Shown: piece after piece, positions 39,788 through 47,766 of the stretch | How the letters are laid out: each line of letters begins with the position of its first letter | Numbering within the stretch: position 1 is the first letter of the stretch | Sequence record: DRR723986_9818 | Reading direction: 5' to 3' (one strand) | Length of the DNA: 47,766 nt | The notes under the pieces: model-generated | The model's database searches: none | The model's input: only the letters and a program-made list of their open reading frames with translations | What the model was told of the DNA's origin: nothing | Made by a program: the position numbers and the translations under genes

Positions 39788-41155
39788 TTACAGCCCAACA
39801 GTTTTCCACCACCAATAACCACTTGTGAAAGCTAGCAGGACACCGATTAGCGTGATGACCGTGCCGGCTCGCACCATTGATGACACACTAACTTGTTCGG
39901 TACCGAACGCCATTGCATTGGGTGGTGTGGAAACCGGCAAGGGCATGGCAAGTGTGCAAGCAAAGGCGATCCCAATCATCAATGGTGACACCGATTCGGC
40001 TCCAATGCTTAGCACAATCGGCATGATCAAGTTGGCAGTTGCGGTGTTGCTCATCAAGCTCGACATAATACATGCAACTGAACCGAAGCTGACCATGAGC
40101 CAAAATACCGAGAACCCCTGCACTGGAAGTAAGCTTACCAGATGCTCAGCCAAGCCGCTTTCCGTGATTGCAGTACCGAGGCAGAGTCCGCCCCCCATCA
40201 GGATGAGGACATCCCAGGAAAGCGATCGAAAATCCTTGACGGTCAGCACGCCGGTGGAAAAGTAAACGATGACCGGGACAAGTGCGACTGTTCCCGTACT
40301 GAATCCATGAAGCGACGTTGTCATCCAGCCCGCGACCGTCAAAACGGCTGCCCCGACAACTGTATATAGCTGTATCGATGGAGTGATCGCCTGTCGTTGC
40401 GATTCAATTGGCAGGCGTTTGCAATCTCCCTTGAACATGGCTAGCAGTACCAGCCAGGCGATTAGGAGCATCAGGATGACGCCTGGCACGCTGATGAGCA
40501 TCCACATCGCAAAGCTAGGGCCTTGGCCAATTTCCCGAAGGTATTGCATTGCGATTGCGTTGGGTGGGCTGCCAATCGGTGTACCAAGGCCGCCGATGTT
40601 GGCTGCAAAAGGCACGCACAGGATCAGCGCTTGGCGGTAGCGGTCTCCTGGAGGCAGGTTCATTGCGATCGGCAAAATGAGGGCAAGCATCATTGCGGCA
40701 GTCGCGGTGTTGCTAAGCCACATCGACAGCAGCGCAGTGATGCACATTACAGCAAGCATCAGCGCTGGCGGCGAGCTGCCTACGCGGCGAATGATCGACT
40801 GGGCCAACCATTCATCCAGTAGCAACTTGTGCAAAGCAGCAGACAAGACAAACCCTCCAAGAAAGAGGAGGGTGATGTCCGAGAAGAACTGGCTGAGGAA
40901 AGTCTGCCGCGTTGCGTCGGCCCCAGACTCTTGCATTACAGGCAAGAGCCAAGTGATGCTCAGAAACAAAACGAGCAGGCTGGTTACAAACAGTGGAATC
41001 GCCTCGGACATCCATAAGCCAGCGGCGACGACTAGGATGGATAGGGCGACAGTTGACGGTGCGTCGAGTCCAGCGAGCGGAGAACAAACAAGTGTCAGTA
41101 ACGCGAGCATCATGGTCGCCCCGACGCCAATCAGTTTTCCGCGTTGTAGCTTCAT
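39788..41155 (-). CDS. DASS/SLC13 sodium:dicarboxylate or sulfate symporter
   Basis: WLSNTATAAMM, ANIGGLGTPIGSPPN, MSNTATA, LPVSTPPNA. Confidence 0.93.
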   Translation of the reverse strand: MKLQRGKLIGVGATMMLALLTLVCSPLAGLDAPSTVALSILVVAAGLWMSEAIPLFVTSLLVLFLSITWLLPVMQESGADATRQTFLSQFFSDITLLFLGGFVLSAALHKLLLDEWLAQSIIRRVGSSPPALMLAVMCITALLSMWLSNTATAAMMLALILPIAMNLPPGDRYRQALILCVPFAANIGGLGTPIGSPPNAIAMQYLREIGQGPSFAMWMLISVPGVILMLLIAWLVLLAMFKGDCKRLPIESQRQAITPSIQLYTVVGAAVLTVAGWMTTSLHGFSTGTVALVPVIVYFSTGVLTVKDFRSLSWDVLILMGGGLCLGTAITESGLAEHLVSLLPVQGFSVFWLMVSFGSVACIMSSLMSNTATANLIMPIVLSIGAESVSPLMIGIAFACTLAMPLPVSTPPNAMAFGTEQVSVSSMVRAGTVITLIGVLLAFTSGYWWWKTVGL

Positions 41156-41454
41156 CCCGCTGTCGCCAATTAGTTCGAGAACCAGTCTTCTTCCTCGAGT
41201 ATGACCTCGGCATTGTGCGGAAGACAGAGCCCTGGATCGCGCTCAGCGACACTGAATTTGAACGCATTGCCGTTGGAGTTGATTCTTGGAAGAGCGGGGG
41301 CAGGCATCCTGCCAACGCACCCGGTTAAGGGCGTTGCTTTTTCCCAGCAGCATTTGGCCAGCCACTGCTAATTTTCTGGAATTTTCGAGCTGGCTTTCTC
41401 CAACCAGTGGCTGCGGTCACGTTTCATGTCCGGCGCGACGCATGTCCGCGAGGG

Positions 41455-41499
41455 ATCTCGCAAGGAAGCACACGTAGGTAAGCATCTCGCAGGGGAGCA
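41455..41499. repeat. Imperfect 16-bp direct repeat ATCTCGCARGGRAGCA-like
   Basis: ATCTCGCAAGGAAGCA at 41455-41470 and ATCTCGCAGGGGAGCA at 41484-41499 (14/16 identical). Confidence 0.55.
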
Positions 41500-41715
41500 T
41501 CGCTGGAAAACACCCTGCAGGGAAACCTTAACGGTTGTGACGGTCGATCTGTTGCTATCAATGCTAGTTTCTTTAAGGCTCGGGGGGGAGCGTCCAGTCA
41601 GTTCGCTCAGGCGACCGATACGAGCGGTAACAGTTTTTCTGCGCCGAATGTATGGGATGGTCCAACTATCGGTGCTGGGAACAATGAACTCAGGCGAGAA
41701 TAGGACTGGATTCCC

Positions 41716-43980
41716 ATGTCAAAACGAACGCAAGTGCGCCTTGTTTGGTTGCTTACCGTCGCGATCGTGACAAGTGGTTGTACCAAGGTCGGCAAGGACT
41801 TTAGGCTAACAAACACCTGGGAATCGTCGCCAAGCTACTACACGCCCGTGTCGACGAAGATTGAATATCCGTCAGTCGCCAGCAATGCTGCTCCCGAGGC
41901 GACGGCTGCGGTGCAACCACTTGCGTTGCAGAATCCCTCCGAATTGCCAGCCCTTGAGCTGACTCTAGCCCAGGCAATTGAGATGGCACTGCAGAAGGGC
42001 GAGGTTCTTCGTAGCCTTGGCGGCAGTGTCGTGCAGAACACGCTTGGCACAAATACCAAGTTCGATCCCGCCATTACTGAATCCAACCCACTTGGCGGTG
42101 TTGATGCGGCGCTGAGCGCGTTTGACGCGCAAGTTACAGGGCAGTTGTTCTGGCAAAAGAACGACATTCCGAACAATACAACATTCTTCATCTTCCAGCC
42201 GCCTGCTTTCACCCAGACGGCAGCAAACTTCAACTACGAAATCGCGAAGACGACGGCGACCGGTGCTCGCTTCGCGGCGCGGCATGTTGTCGGCTATGAT
42301 CGGAATAACAGTCCGGCCCGATTCTTTCCAAGTGATTACACCGGATGGATCGAGGCAGAATATCGCCAACCGCTGCTGCAAGGTGCTGGTGTCGATTTCA
42401 ATCGTATCGCTGGGCCCAACAGTCCAGTTGGCCAATACAACGGTGTGCTGATCGCTCGGATCAACACCGATATCTCGCTGGCTGACTTTGAACAGAGCAT
42501 CATCACGTTCATCAACGACGTAGAAACTGCTTACTGGGAGCTCTTTTTCGCGTACCACAGCCTCGAAGCCCAAGTGGAGGGGCGTAAGAGCTCGCTGTTG
42601 ACCTGGCAACGCGTCAAGGCGTTGCAGAACGCCGGAGCGCGAGGTGGCGACGCGGCGGCAGAGGCACAAGCAAGGTCACAGTACTATGCATTCGACATCT
42701 CTGTCAAAGAATCATTGGCCGGCCCGGTCGGTCTATATGCCAGGGAACAACAGCTTCGTTACTTGCTCGGCTTGCCAGCCACTGATGGGAACCTGATCAA
42801 GCCGATTAGCCAACCCATGGAAGGTGAAGTGATCGTAGATTGGTACTCAGCCTTGGCCGATGCGATCACCAAACGCGTCGAGGTTCGACGTCAGAAGTGG
42901 AACATCAAGCGTCGCGAACTTGAGCTGGTCGCAGCCAAATTGAATCGCCGACCAACGCTAGACTTTCTTGCTCAGTATCGATATCGCGGTTTGGGTGACG
43001 ACTTGATTGGCACTCGTGATCCCGCGAATCAGTTCAATAGCTTGTACCAGAACATCTTCGAAGGGAACTACCAGGAGTGGCAGGCTGGTGTTGAGTTCGG
43101 AAACGTGGTTGGGCTTCGCCAAGCTGGTGCTGCTGTCGCCAACGCTCGATGGAATCTCGCTCGGGAGCGAGCTGTACTTCAGGAGCAAGAGCTTCGCATT
43201 ACCCACGACTTAAGCACGGCCGCTCGGCAGATTCAGCGTGCTTACGAATTGATGAAGGCCAACTATGTGCGTCTGCAAGCTGACACGGCCCAGGTAGCGG
43301 CCCTTCGCGAGCGAGTCCTCGGCGGTCAGGATAACATCAACTTCTTGCTGCAAGCTCAACAACAACTGGCTGCAACCGAGAGTAGCTATTTTCGCGCCTT
43401 GGTCGACTACCAGCTCGCTCTTCGGGATTTCCATCGCGAAAAGGGTTCGCTGTTGAACTACAACCAAGTCGGCATGAGCGAGGCTGCATGGCCAGGAGCG
43501 GCATACCAAGATGCTGAAGAGCGTGGCAGGTTCTTTACGCCAAGAAGTAAGCCAGAGGCCGTTACCGCAGGACCGCGGTTGAGCAACGGTGGATTCGATC
43601 CAAGTAGCGTCGGAGCAGGTGTTTCGGCCGTGAGCCCAACGACGAGCTCAGTTGTGAATCCAGCCGTCGACATGGCTCCATCGCCGTCGGACGGAGTATT
43701 GCAGAAGCGAACGCAGGTAGATGCATCGGCGGCCACGCGTCTTGCCCGAACGCCGCTGGTGGGATCGTCGCAGCCTGCCGTTAAGCCTGCTTCGGAAATG
43801 TTAGTTTCTGGCCCAACAGGGTTGCCAGCACAGAATGCAGTAAGCTTGCCTGCTGCAGCCTTGCCCACGGGAGCCTTGCCTGAGGCGAATCAGCCTACGG
43901 GGACAGTAAGTCTGCCGACTGGTACAGTGCAGCTAGCACCGCCGCTCGGTACAGTCGCACCTCAGCAGAGCCGACGATAG
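41716..43980 (+). CDS. TolC family outer membrane protein (probable lipoprotein)
   Basis: Lipobox-like VTSGC; LTLAQAIEMAL, YRQPLLQG, VETAYWEL, two OEP-like halves; Pro/Ala-rich tail. Confidence 0.85.
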   Translation: MSKRTQVRLVWLLTVAIVTSGCTKVGKDFRLTNTWESSPSYYTPVSTKIEYPSVASNAAPEATAAVQPLALQNPSELPALELTLAQAIEMALQKGEVLRSLGGSVVQNTLGTNTKFDPAITESNPLGGVDAALSAFDAQVTGQLFWQKNDIPNNTTFFIFQPPAFTQTAANFNYEIAKTTATGARFAARHVVGYDRNNSPARFFPSDYTGWIEAEYRQPLLQGAGVDFNRIAGPNSPVGQYNGVLIARINTDISLADFEQSIITFINDVETAYWELFFAYHSLEAQVEGRKSSLLTWQRVKALQNAGARGGDAAAEAQARSQYYAFDISVKESLAGPVGLYAREQQLRYLLGLPATDGNLIKPISQPMEGEVIVDWYSALADAITKRVEVRRQKWNIKRRELELVAAKLNRRPTLDFLAQYRYRGLGDDLIGTRDPANQFNSLYQNIFEGNYQEWQAGVEFGNVVGLRQAGAAVANARWNLARERAVLQEQELRITHDLSTAARQIQRAYELMKANYVRLQADTAQVAALRERVLGGQDNINFLLQAQQQLAATESSYFRALVDYQLALRDFHREKGSLLNYNQVGMSEAAWPGAAYQDAEERGRFFTPRSKPEAVTAGPRLSNGGFDPSSVGAGVSAVSPTTSSVVNPAVDMAPSPSDGVLQKRTQVDASAATRLARTPLVGSSQPAVKPASEMLVSGPTGLPAQNAVSLPAAALPTGALPEANQPTGTVSLPTGTVQLAPPLGTVAPQQSRR

Positions 43981-43989
43981 GTAATCGCT

Positions 43990-45258
43990 TTAGCTACGAC
44001 AGTGGAGCTGCCAAAGATCTAGCAGCTTAATGGCATGAGCGACAGCGGTGGTCATTTCGTCAAGCGATGCGAATTCCGTAACGCTGTGGATGTTGTGCTG
44101 GCCGACCGATAGATTGGGCGTCGGCAGTCCCATTTCACTGAATACTGCACCATCGGTTCCACCACGAATCGAGCCGAGTTGTGGTTCAATGTCAAGTTCT
44201 TCGTATGCTTGCTGGGCGAGAGCAACAACGTGCGGCGCAGACTGGATCGCATAGTTCATATTGCGGTACTGCTTGCGTCTTGTAAGCTCGAAACGAAGGC
44301 CTGGCGTTGATTCTTCAATCAATGCCGCTTTGTCGCGAATCACTTTTTCTTGTGCGTCGAGGTTACTTGTTTCGAAATCACGCATCAAGAACTCCGCCTT
44401 AGCACACTCAACATCACCTGAGATGTCGTGAGGGTGCAAGAACCCTTCTTTTTCGTCTGTCGACTCCGGTGACAGCCTATCAGTTGGCAACTCGGCGATC
44501 AGACGGCAAAGGCCTCGCAGTGCATTGATCATTCTGCCTTTCCCGATCGAAGGATGAATGTTGTTGCCGTGCGCCGTAACGACGAGATGATCTGCCGAGA
44601 AATTTTCGTTCTCCACAATTCCCTGGCCGCTGCCGTCAAGCGTGTATCCGGCGGAAGCATTTGCCTTTTCCAAGTCCATGTGCTTGGCACCCTGTCCAAT
44701 CTCTTCATCACAGGTGAACAAGATGCGCACTTCGCCGTGCGGCAGATGGGGGCGTTCGACCAGATGTTGAGCGAGTTCCATGATCGCCGCTACACCCGCT
44801 TTGTCGTCTCCGCCGAGCAACGTTGTCCCGTCGGTAGTGATGAGCGTGTGGCCAATCATATCTTCAAGGGCAGGGCAGGAGTCGACTGTGATGTGGCGAT
44901 CACCATGTTGAAGCTGAATGTCACCGCCAGAATAGTTCTCAATAACACGCGGTTTGACGTCCTTGCCGGAGGCGTCTGGGGAGGTGTCGATATGCGAGTT
45001 GAATAGAACGGCGGGGACGTTTTTTCCGGCTGTTGACGGAACGGTTGCCCAAACAAGTCCGTGTTCATCTTGATGTGCATCTGCTAGGCCCATTTCGGCC
45101 AGTTCAGCGGCCAGCATCTTCCCAAGTGTGAGTTGGCCGGGGCTGCTGGGGTAGCTGGTTGAGGCAGGATTGGCAGTCGTTTCGACGCGGACATAGCGAA
45201 GGAAACGTTCCAGCAAACGTGCTTTGTTGATCGTGTGATCTGATTCGTTCGGTTTCAT
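43990..45258 (-). CDS. pepT: Peptidase T (M20B tripeptide aminopeptidase)
   Basis: LLERFLRYV, SHIDTS, TTLLGGDDKAG, FTCDEEIG, IRGGTDG, HNIHS; start ATG 45258. Confidence 0.93.
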   Translation of the reverse strand: MKPNESDHTINKARLLERFLRYVRVETTANPASTSYPSSPGQLTLGKMLAAELAEMGLADAHQDEHGLVWATVPSTAGKNVPAVLFNSHIDTSPDASGKDVKPRVIENYSGGDIQLQHGDRHITVDSCPALEDMIGHTLITTDGTTLLGGDDKAGVAAIMELAQHLVERPHLPHGEVRILFTCDEEIGQGAKHMDLEKANASAGYTLDGSGQGIVENENFSADHLVVTAHGNNIHPSIGKGRMINALRGLCRLIAELPTDRLSPESTDEKEGFLHPHDISGDVECAKAEFLMRDFETSNLDAQEKVIRDKAALIEESTPGLRFELTRRKQYRNMNYAIQSAPHVVALAQQAYEELDIEPQLGSIRGGTDGAVFSEMGLPTPNLSVGQHNIHSVTEFASLDEMTTAVAHAIKLLDLWQLHCRS

Positions 45259-45446
45259 GGAAGCGGGATCCAATCGCAAAAGAGGAATTGGGCTGGGCGC
45301 GCGGAGTGCTTGCGTCTGGGCTCTTGTCTGCCATACTGGGCCACCAACATGGCGTGAGGCTGAGAGTCTCGTGCATGTTTCGGTCACAACCGGCGGTCCG
45401 GTGTGTTGTTCGACAGCGTTGTTGTAGTCTCGCAGGAGTCGCGCAG

Positions 45447-46271
45447 GTGGCACAGGATGTCAAGTATTTACTGTTTGATGTAGAGAGTGTGGCCGATGGT
45501 GACTTGATTGCCAAGACAAAATACCCGTCCATGGGGTTGTCAGCGGCTGAGGCCGTTGCCAAGTTTCGCAATGAACTTCTCGTGGCATCTGGGCGCGACT
45601 TTATTCCATTCACCTACCATCTGCCTATTGCGGTTGTCATCGCCAAGGTGAACGCGGATTTCTCGTTGGCGGAAATCGTCTCGCTGGATAGTCCTGAGCA
45701 TCGTCCGCCAGTCATTACGAAGCATTTCTGGACTGGGTGGGAAGCTTACGAACAGCCAACTTGGGTGACATTCAATGGACGCACGTTTGATATTCCACTC
45801 ATGGAGCATGCGGCTTTCCGATTCGGCGTCGCGGCTCCCAGGTGGTTTAACTTGTTCGATCGGAGTTTTGAGCAGAAACGCAATCGCTACAATATGCAGT
45901 CCCATATCGATCTTCATGATGTGCTGACCAACTTCGGTGCAACTTGGTACAGAGGAGGGCTGAATCTGGCAGCAAGCCTGCTCGGCAAACCCGGTAAAAT
46001 GGACGTGCAAGGGGATATGGTTTACGACATGTATCTCGAAGGACGAATTGCGGAGATTAACGAGTATTGTCGTTGTGATGTCCTGGATACTTATTTTGTC
46101 TTTTTGCGAACCATGTTGATGATGGGGCGTCTTACGTTGGAGGGGGAGCAAGAACTGGTTGAAAAGTCTAAGGCCCTTCTTGAGTCGCAGGCGGATGAGC
46201 ATCCTGCCTACGCGACCTATTTGCAGCAGTGGGGCGACTGGGAAAATCCATGGAATCAACAGGAGGACTAG
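45447..46271 (+). CDS. Stand-alone PolB-like 3'-5' exonuclease (DEDDy)
   Basis: Exo I LFDVE, Exo II FNGRTFDIP, Exo III EYCRCDV; AGGAG RBS then GTG 45447. Confidence 0.88.
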   Translation: MAQDVKYLLFDVESVADGDLIAKTKYPSMGLSAAEAVAKFRNELLVASGRDFIPFTYHLPIAVVIAKVNADFSLAEIVSLDSPEHRPPVITKHFWTGWEAYEQPTWVTFNGRTFDIPLMEHAAFRFGVAAPRWFNLFDRSFEQKRNRYNMQSHIDLHDVLTNFGATWYRGGLNLAASLLGKPGKMDVQGDMVYDMYLEGRIAEINEYCRCDVLDTYFVFLRTMLMMGRLTLEGEQELVEKSKALLESQADEHPAYATYLQQWGDWENPWNQQED

Positions 46272-46422
46272 GCAGCGCGCAAAACTTCCAATGCACAATG
46301 CCTCCTGCGGTGAGAGCGGACATGGCAGCTAGGCAGTGAGTATCAAACAACTATCATTGGCCAGCCAGTCAGCCAAGCTGTTGGAATGCTGTTACTAACA
46401 TCCGCGCAACTCTCAAGAATGC

Positions 46423-47730
46423 TTGACCGTGTCCCACACGTTGAAGTCGACCGACGGCAAAAGCTTGATTGTCGACACCCCGTCGGGCGAGTTAGCGGAG
46501 GCGGAGAGATCGGTTGCAAATCCGCGGAAGCTCTACGATGCGAATTTCTTTCTCGCGGCCGCCTGTCAAACTTGTTTTGTAGTCGCCAACACACTCATGG
46601 CGCATTACGCGCGGTGGATTGAATTTCTGGGCCGTGACCTCCGCGATGTTGGATGGGTCATGGGGGCGGGAGCAATCGCGGGGCTGTTGCTGAGGCCGTG
46701 GATTGCACAGTGGATCAACCACTTTGGGCCCAAGAAAGTCTGGTTAAGCGGGTTCTTGGTGTTTGCCGCTGGTTCACTTGGCAACCTCGTGATCACAGAC
46801 ATCGGTCCGACAATTTACATTCTTCGGTCTCTGGTTGTGCTCGGAGCTGCGCTGGTCTTCGCAAGCGGGCTTACTTACGTGGCGATGGTTGCACCGGTGC
46901 ATCGGCAAGCAGAAGCGATTGGCATCGTCGGCATAGGCGGCTTTGTTGGCATGTTGATCGGGCCCGCGCTGGGCGATTTCCTGCTAAGTACCGAGGTGAC
47001 CGCAGAGGGGTTGGATGGGGAGGTGCGAGGAAGGTCGGGGTTCACTCAGTTGTTTGTCGTTGCTACCGCGATGAATCTAGCGACGATTGGTTTGGTGCTG
47101 CGGCTTCGAACGCCCGCTCAGGCAGATCGACCAAAGGCCCTGCGTTTGGCAGACTTCATTGATTCGGTGAAGCAAAACTGGCCAGGCCCAATTCTACTTG
47201 TCGACCTTGTGTTTGGTATCTGCATGGCAATTCCCTTCGGGTTCTTGGCAACCTTTATTGACGAGGCAAGAATCGAGCTGTCGAGCCTGAGCGTGATGGG
47301 CGTGTTCTTTTGGTGCTATGCCGGGTCTGGGATTGGGTTGCGGATATTTGGTCGCCGACTTCCCGAGGTATTCGGGCGCAAGAATGTGCTCGTCGTTGGT
47401 GGAATTAGCATGGCGACCGGTCTGTGCAGTTTTTGGATCGTTTCAGCGACTCAGCCGTGGCTGATTGTTGTGCCCGGGTTGCTGTGCGGAATTGCCCACT
47501 CACTGATGTTCCATACGATGACCTCGTTGACGATTGCTCCCTTTCCAGATCACCAGCGTGGGACAGGTTCTGCTTTGGCACTCATGATGCTTGATGTTGG
47601 CACCATTGGCGGTGCTCCGGTTTTGGCCTATGTCGCCGAGTCGGCAGGTTACGCAGTCATGTTTGTCTTCGCTGGAGTTGTCGTGGTAGCCACCACGTTG
47701 TACTTCGCGATCGCTGCCCCTGCTGATTAG
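46423..47730 (+). CDS. MFS transporter
   Basis: About 12 hydrophobic segments; motif-A-like INHFGPKK and PEVFGRK; QRGTGSA. Confidence 0.9.
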   Translation: MTVSHTLKSTDGKSLIVDTPSGELAEAERSVANPRKLYDANFFLAAACQTCFVVANTLMAHYARWIEFLGRDLRDVGWVMGAGAIAGLLLRPWIAQWINHFGPKKVWLSGFLVFAAGSLGNLVITDIGPTIYILRSLVVLGAALVFASGLTYVAMVAPVHRQAEAIGIVGIGGFVGMLIGPALGDFLLSTEVTAEGLDGEVRGRSGFTQLFVVATAMNLATIGLVLRLRTPAQADRPKALRLADFIDSVKQNWPGPILLVDLVFGICMAIPFGFLATFIDEARIELSSLSVMGVFFWCYAGSGIGLRIFGRRLPEVFGRKNVLVVGGISMATGLCSFWIVSATQPWLIVVPGLLCGIAHSLMFHTMTSLTIAPFPDHQRGTGSALALMMLDVGTIGGAPVLAYVAESAGYAVMFVFAGVVVVATTLYFAIAAPAD

Positions 47731-47766
47731 TTATGTCGGTGCGTGGTCGCGGTTATACGATCGGTG

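Noticed and set aside
41426-41770. 114-aa ORF in the DASS-tolC spacer
   Set aside because: TTG/GTG-independent support is absent: no RBS or motif, and it overlaps the tolC start in another frame
41965-42669. 234-aa antisense ORF within tolC, and similar shadow ORFs across the window
   Set aside because: Fully nested opposite well-supported genes; expected in GC-rich coding DNA
45540-46298. 252-aa antisense ORF
   Set aside because: Shadow of the well-supported exonuclease gene; no motifs

Overview
A 47.8 kb, gene-dense bacterial chromosomal window of mostly core and housekeeping genes. The gene repertoire (long signal-peptide/TPR proteins, orphan secretin- and TolC-like genes, thioredoxin-trypsin fusion) suggests a planctomycete, probably Pirellulaceae-like; this is an inference. 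Order: flagellar motor/export block (flbD-motA-motB-fliL-fliN-fliO-fliP-fliQ-fliR), galE, xerD, a minus-strand TPR-TPR-ExbB-ExbD-ExbD operon facing a divergent 986-aa membrane protein, mdh, a degenerate alpha/beta hydrolase, an Rpn-family nuclease, a TPR protein, mtnD, a NYN protein, a thioredoxin-protease, an ABC pair, ispF, mtnB, miaE, several exported proteins, a Ski2-like helicase, a DASS transporter, TolC, pepT, a PolB-type 3'-5' exonuclease and an MFS transporter. No rRNA, tRNA, CRISPR array or intact IS was recognised. The best leads are: (1) a TonB-less ExbB/ExbD/ExbD/TPR proton-motor module; (2) the divergent protein, which looks like two paralogous halves joined through an internal signal peptide; (3) a near-consensus CsrA-binding hairpin over the fliO ribosome-binding site; (4) an in-frame internal start in the Rpn gene that would yield an intragenic antitoxin; (5) an alpha/beta hydrolase with a degenerate catalytic triad, preceded by a G-U-rich structured intergenic region. 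All family calls come from motif recognition by eye; no database searches were run.
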